Shown here in pieces: positions 54,002-62,443 of a DNA stretch of 64,000 nt. Both the position numbers and the translations under genes were made by a program. Under the pieces are notes generated by a model, which did not search any database, was not told where the DNA came from, and worked only from the letters and a program-made list of their open reading frames with translations. Source of the DNA: a virus; IMG/VR virus record IMGVR_UViG_3300045282_000084, positions 1 through 64,000 of that record; one strand, 5' to 3'. Each line of letters opens with the position of its first letter. The first letter of the stretch is position 1.

Positions 54002-54575
54002 GGCTGGTCGTCCCAGGCTGTACGACCACGACGAGATCAAGCGGTTGTATGCAGAGGGTAAGACGCCCTGGCAGATCCACAAGATCATCGGCTGTGACGG
54101 AAAGACCCCCTACATCGTGCTTGGCCTACAGCGTCCCCGAACGCCTGAGTCGCTCGCCCGTACCAAGGCCCAGAAACGGCTGCGAACGCAACGCCGACAG
54201 GAGCGCCGTCGCCTGGCCCGCGAGGCCCGCATCACCGCCGCCCTGGAAGCGATCAGGGAGTTCAGCGCGTGGAATGGTGGCCCACCTCACTTTCGGGACT
54301 GGGGCACGAATGATCTGCCCTCGGCGAACACCATCCACACGCTGTTTGGCGGTGCAGGGGCAGCGGTACGAGCGGCTGGGTTCGAGTTCGAGCCGGACAA
54401 ATCAGGGGGCCGTCACCCGACCGTTGAACGCAAGACACAGGCGGATGTGACACCGTGCCAGCGGGCGGGGTGTCATCGCAAGGGATTGTATCTGTACAGC
54501 GATTTCCTGCTCAACTTGAGCGAAAAACTCTGCCTTGAGCACTATCAGGAACGAATGAATGCCCTCTCACGGTGA
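53994..54575 (+). CDS. HTH plus homing-endonuclease-associated-repeat protein
   Basis: GRPRLYDHDEIKRLY.EG; AIREF....G.PP...DW....LPS..TI...FG....A..AAG. Confidence 0.6.
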   Translation: MGKAGRPRLYDHDEIKRLYAEGKTPWQIHKIIGCDGKTPYIVLGLQRPRTPESLARTKAQKRLRTQRRQERRRLAREARITAALEAIREFSAWNGGPPHFRDWGTNDLPSANTIHTLFGGAGAAVRAAGFEFEPDKSGGRHPTVERKTQADVTPCQRAGCHRKGLYLYSDFLLNLSEKLCLEHYQERMNALSR

Positions 54576-54584
54576 TGGTACACT
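54562..54584 (+). promoter_or_regulatory. phage promoter CCCTCTC-N10-TACACT
   Basis: Same architecture at 47712(-), 57769, 60957 and 62444. Confidence 0.65.
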
Positions 54585-54621
54585 TCGCGCACAGTCAGGT
54601 AAACCACCGAAAGGGGCAAGC

Positions 54622-54912
54622 ATGCACTCCTACCACGCGAGAACAGACCCGAGCATTGATCCCATGTACTTCGACGGCTGCGCCGAGTGTCTCCACCACG
54701 CGCAGAGGCCAGAGGTGTACCTGGACACCGAGCGCTTGGCGGCCATGTGGGACGAGATGGTGCGCGTTGAGCGAGATTACAGCGAGAGCTATCGCTCCGT
54801 CGCCGATGGCGTTGCGGGCCGAAACCTCTATCGGTTCGCGGTGTTCATGGAGCGGATCGGGATCAACCCATGGCAACCGTTGGGGGAGATGGTAGTACGG
54901 CCACCGTTCTAG
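54622..54912 (+). CDS. hypothetical protein (CxxC)
   Basis: AAAGGGG RBS; DGCAEC. Confidence 0.6.
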   Translation: MHSYHARTDPSIDPMYFDGCAECLHHAQRPEVYLDTERLAAMWDEMVRVERDYSESYRSVADGVAGRNLYRFAVFMERIGINPWQPLGEMVVRPPF

Positions 54913-55022
54913 CCATAGTCGTCATGTGCATGCTGTTCGCGGCCTTCAAGGGTGCGGCTCGCAAGCGCAAGTACCTGCCCGAGAAGCGACGGCGATCGAT
55001 TCGCCTGTGGTGGTTCTGGTGA
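54870..55022 (+). CDS. 50-aa membrane peptide; not in the ORF track
   Basis: VLAIVVMCMLFAAF followed by a basic tail; fills the gap. Confidence 0.4.
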   Translation: MATVGGDGSTATVLAIVVMCMLFAAFKGAARKRKYLPEKRRRSIRLWWFW

Positions 55023-55216
55023 GCGACCCTCAGAACATGTACGTGTGCGACCTGTGCCACGAGGAGTTCGAGGGTGCATCCTCCCATGAGGATGCTCTAG
55101 CCGAGGCCGTTGCGATGTTCGGAGATGCAGTTGCGAAGCCAGAGGATCGGGGTGTCGTGTGCGACGATTGCTGGCCGGAAGTGCGAAGGTGGCTAACAAA
55201 CCAAGGCTTGATATGA
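55019..55216 (+). CDS. small Zn-finger protein
   Basis: CDLC...VCDDCW; GTGA coupling. Confidence 0.6.
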   Translation: MSDPQNMYVCDLCHEEFEGASSHEDALAEAVAMFGDAVAKPEDRGVVCDDCWPEVRRWLTNQGLI

Positions 55217-55629
55217 GGGTGACCAACATTCCACCCGGTCTGCTTTGCACCCGCCACCTTCTGCGAGAGCACCTGGCGATCCATCAGTTCTCCGACTATG
55301 CGCGCTCGAATCGCATCCAGCCCTACGCCGATGCTGGACTGGTCGAGGTTCACAATCTCCGCCGTCGCCACGATGAAATCGCCAACGAGATGAAGACGCG
55401 CACACTGTTTCACTGGGACAAAGCCGAGGAACGCAAGTGGCAGGGCATAGAACTACGTGAGACAGGGAGGGTCGATCCAGGCATGAATCTGGACATCCTT
55501 CGCTACGAGTGTCCCGACTGCTCCTCGCTGATCAAACACGCCGCAGAGAACGGCGAGGTGTCAGCCGCACCGAGATTGCGAGGGCGTACAGTACGCGCTC
55601 ACCAGCGCGAGCAGAAAGGGTGGTCGTGA
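55213..55629 (+). CDS. pyrimidine-dimer DNA glycosylase/endonuclease V-like protein
   Basis: MR...IPP..LC.RHLL.EH..IH...L.E...L..RHDE...EM..R...H; C-terminal CxxC. Confidence 0.7.
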   Translation: MRVTNIPPGLLCTRHLLREHLAIHQFSDYARSNRIQPYADAGLVEVHNLRRRHDEIANEMKTRTLFHWDKAEERKWQGIELRETGRVDPGMNLDILRYECPDCSSLIKHAAENGEVSAAPRLRGRTVRAHQREQKGWS

Positions 55630-55775
55630 GCTTTTTTCAGATCGACAAGGAGATCCCATGCCCCGATTGCGAGTCATCGATGGACCCCGACGAGCAGCTC
55701 TCCTGCCCCACCTGTGGGGGAGCTGGCGTGGTGCCTGAGTCGTGGGTAAGCCCCGAAAGGGAGCGCGAGACCTGA
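55626..55775 (+). CDS. small Zn-finger protein (CxxC...CPTCGG.G)
   Basis: GTGA coupling; DnaJ-type zinc knuckle. Confidence 0.5.
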   Translation: MSFFQIDKEIPCPDCESSMDPDEQLSCPTCGGAGVVPESWVSPERERET

Positions 55776-56071
55776 CCCTGTGGGACGACGCTGTGAGGCA
55801 GATCGCCATCGACGGAGGCACCTTCAACCCAGAGCGTGACGGAGACCGGCTTCGCCGCCAGTTGGTGCGCGTGCGCTCACTGATGCTCGACGGTCGCTGG
55901 CGCACACTGGCTGAAATCAGCCTGGTCACCGGCTACCCCGAGGCGTCGGTGTCTGCCCGTCTGCGTGATCTGCGCAAGGCGCGCTTCGGCTCGCACTTGG
56001 TGGAGCGAGAGTACGTGTCGAAGGGACTTTGGAAATACCGTGTCGAACGCCCCAGCCCACCACCGGAGTGA
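55742..56071 (+). CDS. winged-HTH phage protein
   Basis: RL..Q..RV..LM.DG.WRTL.EI...TG.PEASVSARLRDLRK.RFG. Confidence 0.75.
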   Translation: MGKPRKGARDLTLWDDAVRQIAIDGGTFNPERDGDRLRRQLVRVRSLMLDGRWRTLAEISLVTGYPEASVSARLRDLRKARFGSHLVEREYVSKGLWKYRVERPSPPPE

Positions 56072-56197
56072 TGGAAGCTGCGACTGGGATGGCTGCGGAG
56101 ACAAAGCCACTCAGACGCTGTACGTCAGCTCTGGATTCGACGGTAAGAAAGTAGAGATCAGAGTGTGCGACAAACACCACCGGAGCTTGACCAAGCC

Positions 56198-56359
56198 ATG
56201 GACGGCCTGACCAACAGCGAGAAAGCCATACTGAACGTGGTGCTCGAAGTGTCGCAGGAGTACGACATGGCCTTCGATGCAGCCGCCGAACGGATAGGGA
56301 TTGACAAGGATTATGCCTTCCGACTATTCCTCAAAGCGCACGGGTTGCAAAGACCGTAA
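56198..56359 (+). CDS. small HTH-like protein
   Basis: AAAERIGIDK. Confidence 0.4.
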   Translation: MDGLTNSEKAILNVVLEVSQEYDMAFDAAAERIGIDKDYAFRLFLKAHGLQRP

Positions 56360-56543
56360 GATCGGCGAGATCAAGTGGGTAACTCTGAAAGGGCCGATCA
56401 AGATCGAAGTGAAGGGCCGAGTGCATCAGATGTTCGAGGGCGATGTCGTAGGATGGGATTCAGAAGGAGACATCTTGATAGGGTTTCGGACGGTCTAAGT
56501 GACCCCGTATAATGACATGCGAACGACAAACAAAGGGGAGACG

Positions 56544-56678
56544 ATGGCAACATGCAAGCGGTGCGGCACAATGGGCGCAACCGCTGAGTTTCGCAAGTCG
56601 CCCACGGCCGGGTACCTGTGCAAGGACCACGTGGCCTGTAAGCGCCGTGAGCGCAAGATCCGCGAGGCACGCAGATGA
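56544..56678 (+). CDS. 44-aa Zn-finger protein; not in the ORF track
   Basis: MATCKRCG...YLCKDHVAC; AAAGGGGAG RBS downstream of a TATAAT promoter. Confidence 0.6.
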   Translation: MATCKRCGTMGATAEFRKSPTAGYLCKDHVACKRRERKIREARR

Positions 56679-57448
56679 AGCCAGAGCCGTGGTGTTGCAA
56701 GGATGTGGCTGACCCTTGCTGCATCGACATCGCAGAGGTGGTGGATTACAGCCTGATCGGTCGCAGCAGCAAGCCCGCCGTGACCCGCCTGCTCCACCGC
56801 GACTGGTGGCGGCAGTATCAGGTGCCGTGGCCAGTGGCCGAGGTTGGAGATTGGGCGGTGCGTAGGTATGAGATCAAGCCCGCCTGGGCTGCGCTGCACA
56901 ACTTGAATCACCCAGATGTGGGCCTGCACGTGACCCCCGGCGAGTACACCAAGCTGATGTTCAAGAACCGGGATGTGGTCATGTCCGACACACAGGCGGA
57001 AATCCAGGATCACCTGGAGTTCATCGACCGCGCCCATGGCCGGGTGCTGATCAACGGTCTTGGACTCGGCGTGTCCCTCAGAGCCATCCTCATGAAGCAT
57101 CAGGGTGGGTGCGTCGAGCACGTCGATGTGGTGGAGATCGAACAGGACGTGATCGACCTGATCGGCCCCCACTTCGCGGATGACTCTCGCGTCACCATCC
57201 ACCAGGCGGACGCCTACACGGTCACATGGCCGCGCAACACGAGATGGCACGTAGCCTGGCATGACATCTGGCCCTCGATTGACCCGGACGAACTCGCGCA
57301 GCACACCAGGCTGCTGCGAAAGTACAGCCAGCGCGTCAACTGGCAGGGATGCTGGAAGCACGACTGGATGGTGAAGTTCGCTCGATGGGAGAAAGAGCAC
57401 AGTCGCAGGCGCGATGAAGATGTCGTTGGAGCATACGTCGCCTCGTAA
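56675..57448 (+). CDS. class I SAM-dependent methyltransferase/spermidine-synthase-like protein
   Basis: VVMSDT..E..DH, GRVLINGLGLG, VDVVEI..DVI.L, I..ADAY, W..AWHDIW. Confidence 0.8.
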   Translation: MKPEPWCCKDVADPCCIDIAEVVDYSLIGRSSKPAVTRLLHRDWWRQYQVPWPVAEVGDWAVRRYEIKPAWAALHNLNHPDVGLHVTPGEYTKLMFKNRDVVMSDTQAEIQDHLEFIDRAHGRVLINGLGLGVSLRAILMKHQGGCVEHVDVVEIEQDVIDLIGPHFADDSRVTIHQADAYTVTWPRNTRWHVAWHDIWPSIDPDELAQHTRLLRKYSQRVNWQGCWKHDWMVKFARWEKEHSRRRDEDVVGAYVAS

Positions 57449-57496
57449 ACCCTGGTAGAATATGCAGCATCATTCAGGGGGAAGGGAGGTGAACGT

Positions 57497-57700
57497 ATGG
57501 CGAGCGAACTGGCAGTCAAGGCAGCGACACTGGTCGATGTGAAGAACAGGCTGGAGGCGGAGGTCGCGAGCAAGTCCAAGCGCATCGGTTTCCAGCGTGC
57601 GATCGACGTTGTGACCAGCATGCACCTGGAGCTTCTGAACGAGGTTCTGGCGCGTGAGAACGAGACGGACAGTGACAAGGTTCGGAAGGTGAGCGCGTAG
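57497..57700 (+). CDS. hypothetical protein
   Basis: GGAGGT RBS; TGGTAGAAT extended -10 upstream; terminator downstream. Confidence 0.65.
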   Translation: MASELAVKAATLVDVKNRLEAEVASKSKRIGFQRAIDVVTSMHLELLNEVLARENETDSDKVRKVSA

Positions 57701-57729
57701 AACTGTGCGCTTCGGAGTGGGGATGGCTT

Positions 57730-57754
57730 AGAGGGGACTTCGGTCCCCTCTTTG
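57730..57754 (+). terminator. intrinsic terminator
   Basis: AGAGGGGAC-TTCG-GTCCCCTCT-TTG perfect hairpin with cUUCGg loop. Confidence 0.8.
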
Positions 57755-57768
57755 CGTTCCTATGCAGA

Positions 57769-57791
57769 CCCTCTACCGTAGGTGATATTGT
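57769..57791 (+). promoter_or_regulatory. phage promoter CCCTCTA-N10-TATTGT
   Basis: Lies immediately after the terminator; shared motif. Confidence 0.65.
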
Positions 57792-57825
57792 GTACGCACA
57801 TGGTAGTCAACCGAAAGGGTGGAAG

Positions 57826-58302
57826 GTGTCTGAAACTGCTGACCTGGCGCTCGCGGCGTTGGGGCCTGTGTTCGCGCGCCGCGATGCGCTCATCGCGGAG
57901 CAGGAGCAGGTCGTGGCCCGCGCGCTTGAGATCGCGGTTGAACTGCGAGTGATGGAGATGCTCGCAGCCGCGGTCAAGGACGTACAGGATGTCGAGGCAA
58001 CCAAGGAGGATCAGCCCGAGCCCGAGCCGAACGACGACAACGGCAACGGGCGCAAGCCCAAGAGTCGCGGCCACAAGTCCAAGGGCGTGTCCGAGTACAT
58101 GATCGCACGCGTGCTCCACTACTTGCGCGACCACGACACCGAGGATGTCGGCAGCACGGAACTCATGGAGGCGTTGCACACGAGCCGTGAGACCGTCAAC
58201 CGGTCACTGGAGATCCTGCGCGTCCGTCACATGGCGCGCAAGGTTGGACGTGCGGACGGAAAGGGCAGAGCGATGTTGTGGTCGGTGATGGATGCCGAGT
58301 AA
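57826..58302 (+). CDS. coiled-coil plus winged-HTH protein
   Basis: VGSTELMEALHTSRETVNRSLEILR...VG. Confidence 0.65.
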   Translation: MSETADLALAALGPVFARRDALIAEQEQVVARALEIAVELRVMEMLAAAVKDVQDVEATKEDQPEPEPNDDNGNGRKPKSRGHKSKGVSEYMIARVLHYLRDHDTEDVGSTELMEALHTSRETVNRSLEILRVRHMARKVGRADGKGRAMLWSVMDAE

Positions 58303-58723
58303 GCCCTACAGTCTCGCACTCAGAGAGTTCAACGACATAGAGCTGCTGAACATCGTCAGGGACTTGACCGACACCGACTCAGGATGGGCGAGCGCAGAGC
58401 TGATCGCCAGTCGGTGCGGCTTGCAGCACGATAACCCCATCCGCTGCGTGTGCGTGCGCATGGCCTGGATGAGCCGGTACGGTGCGGTTGAGCGGAACCC
58501 CGACGAGGCGTACCATTACCGCCTCACGGACGAGGGCGAGGCTCTAATCGGCACCAAGGGCTGGCTCAACGCGACCCAACAGAAGGCTCTCGACAGCATC
58601 CGTGACGAGCAGCTCCTGAGTCTGATGACCAGGGTATCCGGGTCGTTCCTGCAAGCGGATATGACCCCAGCCACCATGATGCGCAGACACTGGCAGTGGA
58701 CGATGGCGAACCGGCCACGATGA
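58292..58723 (+). CDS. winged-helix-like protein
   Basis: GWASAELIA...RMAWM.RYG.VER...YRLTDEG. Confidence 0.6.
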   Translation: MPSKPYSLALREFNDIELLNIVRDLTDTDSGWASAELIASRCGLQHDNPIRCVCVRMAWMSRYGAVERNPDEAYHYRLTDEGEALIGTKGWLNATQQKALDSIRDEQLLSLMTRVSGSFLQADMTPATMMRRHWQWTMANRPR

Positions 58724-58938
58724 AGCACCCGCTTGGTCACGGCCCTGCACCGCTACGGCCACCACGGCTTCGGCGGGGGATGCGAATCAAGTTTTGGGAG
58801 CTGACCATGCTCGATAACGATGGGTTCGTCGCCGAGAAGACGACTCACGAAGACCGCGCGACCGCAGAGCGCAGGCGCGACGCGCAGATGAACACCGGCA
58901 GATTCGGCGGCTACGTCGTGCAGGCGGTATGGGAGTAA
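58720..58938 (+). CDS. hypothetical protein
   Basis: ATGA coupling. Confidence 0.45.
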   Translation: MKHPLGHGPAPLRPPRLRRGMRIKFWELTMLDNDGFVAEKTTHEDRATAERRRDAQMNTGRFGGYVVQAVWE

Positions 58939-58978
58939 GAGTCGCTGCATTTCTGGAAACGATTTACGAGAGGATCAC

Positions 58979-59158
58979 ATGGCCATCAGCCACTTCACCC
59001 TTCATCAGTGCCCAAACCCGGAGTGTCCCGCGAACACGCTCGTGCCCCCCGAACGGGAAACTGCCATCGGAGACCCGGTGACGATGCGGTGGCACTGCTT
59101 CCGCTGCCTCCGGTCAGGCAGCATCTTCTTCGTCATCGACGGCGAGCCCATGCCGTGA
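58979..59158 (+). CDS. 59-aa Zn-ribbon protein; not in the ORF track
   Basis: CPNPEC...WHCFRC; GAGG RBS. Confidence 0.55.
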   Translation: MAISHFTLHQCPNPECPANTLVPPERETAIGDPVTMRWHCFRCLRSGSIFFVIDGEPMP

Positions 59159-59165
59159 CAAGGTT

Positions 59166-59200
59166 GGGGGGCCGGTGTCGCGTCGGATCACCGGCCCCCC
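59166..59200. terminator. hairpin between convergent genes (bidirectional terminator)
   Basis: GGGGGGCCGGTG / CACCGGCCCCCC, 12-bp inverted repeat. Confidence 0.7.
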
Positions 59201-59208
59201 TGCTGCGG

Positions 59209-59871
59209 CTAATACCAGCCATAGCTTTCGCTGTGCGCCCAGGCGTTGAGCGGATCGCCATAACGAGCGGCGATGTACCCGAAGCCCCACTCGATCTGAC
59301 CCTGAACCGAATGGTCAGGGATCTTCGAGCAAGGGAGCGCCTGCGGGATTCCGCACGCGCCCGAGGAGCTGTTCATGGCATTCGGGTTCCAGCCCGACTC
59401 GCGGTTCCAAAGGTTGTACAGGGCGATGAACTCACTCCCTGTCCAGCCTCGGTGTGCAGCCAGGATGCGGCCGATCTGCACCGGGGTGCCGGTCGGGTTC
59501 TCCTGGAGCCACGCGAGATAGTGCATATGCGCCCGATGCGAGCGGAAGTGCCAGAGATTCAGCGCCCATGTTCCGTAGGCGACCGAGCACGACTGTTCGA
59601 CCACACCGCCGTAGCGGTAGTGGATGGGCTTGCTCATCAGCTTGCGCCAATGGACGTACTTTCCGTGGTAGAAGTGCACGGCCCAGACGAGGCCGGGGTG
59701 AGATACAGGGAGCTTGATGCAGGAATCCGAGGAGACCTCGGAGACCCTGATGCGCTCCGGCGTAATCGTGGCCGAGTGACTTCCCACTGCTGGCATGGCA
59801 ACGAGGAACGCAAGCGCCCCTGTTGCTGCCAGGATCTTGATGCGGGTATGGATGGTCACGTATTGGGTCAT
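59209..59871 (-). CDS. secreted lytic transglycosylase (SLT-like), paralog of the tape measure domain
   Basis: Signal-like ILAATGALAFLVAMPAVG; LWNRESGWNPNAMNSSSGACGIPQALP...QIEWGFGYIAARYG. Confidence 0.85.
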   Translation of the reverse strand: MTQYVTIHTRIKILAATGALAFLVAMPAVGSHSATITPERIRVSEVSSDSCIKLPVSHPGLVWAVHFYHGKYVHWRKLMSKPIHYRYGGVVEQSCSVAYGTWALNLWHFRSHRAHMHYLAWLQENPTGTPVQIGRILAAHRGWTGSEFIALYNLWNRESGWNPNAMNSSSGACGIPQALPCSKIPDHSVQGQIEWGFGYIAARYGDPLNAWAHSESYGWY

Positions 59872-59936
59872 CGACGCACACCGTTGCGACCGCCATACCG
59901 CAATCCGTTGAAAATCATGTAAGGATGTGGTAAATC

Positions 59937-60620
59937 ATGTCAGACATTAGGCAACGATCAGTGAAGATCGAGCGTGATTGGAGATACAAGGGCTACGACT
60001 GCCAGGTTCTGATGACGCCGATGGGGCACCGCTGCGGGTACGTCCGGGTTCCTCCCGGCCATCCCTGGTGGCTCAAGGACTACGACGACCCGAGCACGGT
60101 TGCAGAGCAGATCGAGGAGCGAGAGATCAACTACGATCGCATCTCGCTCCTGGGGGCTCTGGCTGGGGTCAACCGCGAGGGGCCGGAGCCGTGGCTGCGC
60201 ACGATCGAGGCTCAGGTTGAGGTCCACGGCGGGCTCACCTACGCGGGCGAGCTGGTGGACGGCCAGTGGTGGCTTGGCTTCGACTGCGCACACGCGGGCG
60301 ACTTGCGCTCGCCCTCGGTCGAGGCCGAATATGCCGCCCGGTTTGGACGCGAGCCGTGGGGCACTGAGATGGGCCACTACTGGACGAACAGGGAAGTCAT
60401 CGCCGAGGTGCTGTTCCTTGCCGATCAGGTGTTCAAGGCCACGCTGCGCAACGTCGCCATGTGGGGCGGAAGGGAGTCAGACATCGAGAATGAGCCACGA
60501 CGGGTAGCAATGCGCTCGCATGAGCAGGACGAGGAGCGTGAGGCCCGATCGCGCGAGATGGCCAAAATGGCCGAACAGTTGATGAAGGAGGGAGTCCTTG
60601 ACACAGCCATCCCTAGGTGA
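59937..60620 (+). CDS. conserved phage hypothetical protein
   Basis: GHRCGYVRVP..HP...VHGGLTY...WWLGFDCAHAGD. Confidence 0.8.
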   Translation: MSDIRQRSVKIERDWRYKGYDCQVLMTPMGHRCGYVRVPPGHPWWLKDYDDPSTVAEQIEEREINYDRISLLGALAGVNREGPEPWLRTIEAQVEVHGGLTYAGELVDGQWWLGFDCAHAGDLRSPSVEAEYAARFGREPWGTEMGHYWTNREVIAEVLFLADQVFKATLRNVAMWGGRESDIENEPRRVAMRSHEQDEEREARSREMAKMAEQLMKEGVLDTAIPR

Positions 60621-60954
60621 ACCCCTGCCGCTGCGGCGGATGCCCGACGATGTGCGCATCACGCAGATGTACGCCGAACAGGGTGCAATGCTTGTCGGCC
60701 TGTGGAAGCTGGGCGAGTGCCCGATCATTGTCAGCCGGGAACCAGACTCAGGCAGCCTTCGTAGCTGGTGGCACATGTCGATCAGTCACGCCGACCGCTA
60801 CCCGACTTGGAATGAGATCGGGCAGGCCCGGTACAAGCTTCTGCCTAGCGAGCTGACGTTCGGCATCCTGCTGCCACCGGTTGAGCAGTACGTGAACCTG
60901 CATCCCAACTGTTTTCATCTACATGAAATCGACCCCTGTGGGATGGCGACCTGA
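60598..60954 (+). CDS. conserved phage hypothetical protein
   Basis: WHMSISHADRYPTWNEI...LPP..QYVNLHPNCFHL. Confidence 0.75.
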   Translation: MTQPSLGEPLPLRRMPDDVRITQMYAEQGAMLVGLWKLGECPIIVSREPDSGSLRSWWHMSISHADRYPTWNEIGQARYKLLPSELTFGILLPPVEQYVNLHPNCFHLHEIDPCGMAT

Positions 60955-60956
60955 GC

Positions 60957-60979
60957 CCCTCTCAGACAACAGGTACACT
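60957..60979 (+). promoter_or_regulatory. phage promoter CCCTCTC-N10-TACACT
   Basis: Shared motif; followed by GGTAAACCACC as at 54598. Confidence 0.65.
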
Positions 60980-61101
60980 TATAGGTGACAGGGTAAACCA
61001 CCACGCGAGGGGCTTCATGATGACTTCCATCGTCGCTGTGCTGTTCTTCTGGTGGGGCTGGGTCGCCGGGTATCACTACAGAGGTTCTCGATGGTGAGAA
61101 G

Positions 61102-61230
61102 ATGACCATTAGCGAGCTGCTCGACTACCTCGACGGACGCGGCCTGGTCGTCACCGACTCAGACTTGATCGCGGAGGAACTGGTCGATGTGGGGCTGACT
61201 CCCGACACCGAGATCACCGAAAGGAAGTGA
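61102..61230 (+). CDS. 42-aa hypothetical protein; not in the ORF track
   Basis: MTISELLDYLDGRGLVVTD...; typical codon usage; fills the gap. Confidence 0.45.
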   Translation: MTISELLDYLDGRGLVVTDSDLIAEELVDVGLTPDTEITERK

Positions 61231-61234
61231 GACG

Positions 61235-61507
61235 ATGACCACCATGACCAAAGATCAGGCGACGATCCAGGCGGAGACGACCAATGCCTCGCGCGACTTA
61301 CGCCTGAACGACGACCAGCTCCAGATGCTGGCCGAGTACATCAGGGGCAACGGGTACAACTGGACCCACTACGCACACCGGCTGAACCCGTGGCGGAAGT
61401 GGTGTCCCTGCTCACGGGGAGAGTGTGTGGCGGTGCGCAAGCTGGCCCGCAAGCTCCCAAAGGAGACCCACCCCATTCTTCGCAAGTACGCGGAGACGTT
61501 GCGGTAG
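61235..61507 (+). CDS. hypothetical protein
   Basis: AAAGGA RBS; C.C...EC. Confidence 0.6.
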   Translation: MTTMTKDQATIQAETTNASRDLRLNDDQLQMLAEYIRGNGYNWTHYAHRLNPWRKWCPCSRGECVAVRKLARKLPKETHPILRKYAETLR

Positions 61508-61508
61508 C

Positions 61509-61537
61509 TTGACCGGAGTGTCAGTCAGACTTATACT
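61509..61537 (+). promoter_or_regulatory. sigma-A-like promoter
   Basis: TTGACC-17 nt-TATACT. Confidence 0.7.
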
Positions 61538-61557
61538 TGAGGGGAAAAGGAGGTGAG

Positions 61558-61722
61558 ATGTGCCAGATCAAGCATTGTCCCCTGACGGCGACGATGACGC
61601 TGCGATTCGGGGGACGGGATCGGAAGCTGTGCGAGGGCCATGGAGTGGCGCTGAGGCGGCTGACCGAGCCGTTCATACTGGTGGCCCCGGCAACGGAGTC
61701 ATCGACGTGGATCAAGCCGTAG
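61558..61722 (+). CDS. small Cys/His protein
   Basis: AGGAGGT RBS; MCQIKHC...LCEGH. Confidence 0.55.
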   Translation: MCQIKHCPLTATMTLRFGGRDRKLCEGHGVALRRLTEPFILVAPATESSTWIKP

Positions 61723-62207
61723 CCTGGTACACCCAGGATCGACGGACCATGCCTGAGATCGCGATGCGATTCGGCGTGTCGAAGCAGGCGGTCCACAAGG
61801 CTCTGTCCGACGCTGGGGTCGAAGCCAGGCCACGCGAGGAAGCTCGCGCGATGGTGCTCGAACGCCAGTATCCACAGTCGTTCCGAGAGCAGGCACTCAA
61901 GCGCTGCGAGCAGATCGGGATCACGGCTGCGGCTGCCGAACTGCACGTCTCCCGTCAGACGCTCAAGTCGTGGGGCGCGAAGGGCCGACCGCGCCGTAGG
62001 CCGCTGATCAGTTGGGTGGACATCAAGAAGATGTACCTCGATGGCCAGAGCCCCTACGAGATCGCGCCCGTCGCGGGCATCCACCCGAACGTGATCGCAG
62101 CCAAGCTGCGTGCGGGCGGCGTGAAGATGCGGTCGCGGTCTGAGGCCACCAAGCTGGCCGCTGCGAAGCGCCGGGTCGAGAGCGCCGAAGAAGTCCAAGC
62201 CTCGTAG
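61707..62207 (+). CDS. triple-HTH DNA-binding protein
   Basis: TMPEIAMRFGVSKQAV; ITAAAAELHVSRQTLKSW; QSPYEIA..AGIHPNVI. Confidence 0.7.
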   Translation: MDQAVAWYTQDRRTMPEIAMRFGVSKQAVHKALSDAGVEARPREEARAMVLERQYPQSFREQALKRCEQIGITAAAAELHVSRQTLKSWGAKGRPRRRPLISWVDIKKMYLDGQSPYEIAPVAGIHPNVIAAKLRAGGVKMRSRSEATKLAAAKRRVESAEEVQAS

Positions 62208-62209
62208 AC

Positions 62210-62440
62210 GTGCCCAGGCGCTACCAGCAGGCTGAGATCCTCCTCGCCGCTCGTCGCCACTACTCCAGACATGGGCAGTGGCCGACTGCGAGCGAGTGGC
62301 GACATGCGACCGATCTGCACCCATCGAATCAGACGGTGCTCGATCGGTTCGGGGCGTGGGACAACATGATCCGCATGGCTGGTGGCATCCCGCGTGGGCC
62401 TGGACGACCGAAGATTCGCGGGGCCGACACCTCTACTTGA
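62210..62440 (+). CDS. stand-alone homing-endonuclease-associated-repeat protein
   Basis: Y...EIL.A.R.....HG.WPT..EW......PS..TV..RFG.W......AG. Confidence 0.65.
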   Translation: MPRRYQQAEILLAARRHYSRHGQWPTASEWRHATDLHPSNQTVLDRFGAWDNMIRMAGGIPRGPGRPKIRGADTST

Positions 62441-62443
62441 TTG

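Noticed and set aside
59008-59922. 304-aa + strand ORF
   Set aside because: Antisense to the transglycosylase gene and crosses a terminator hairpin
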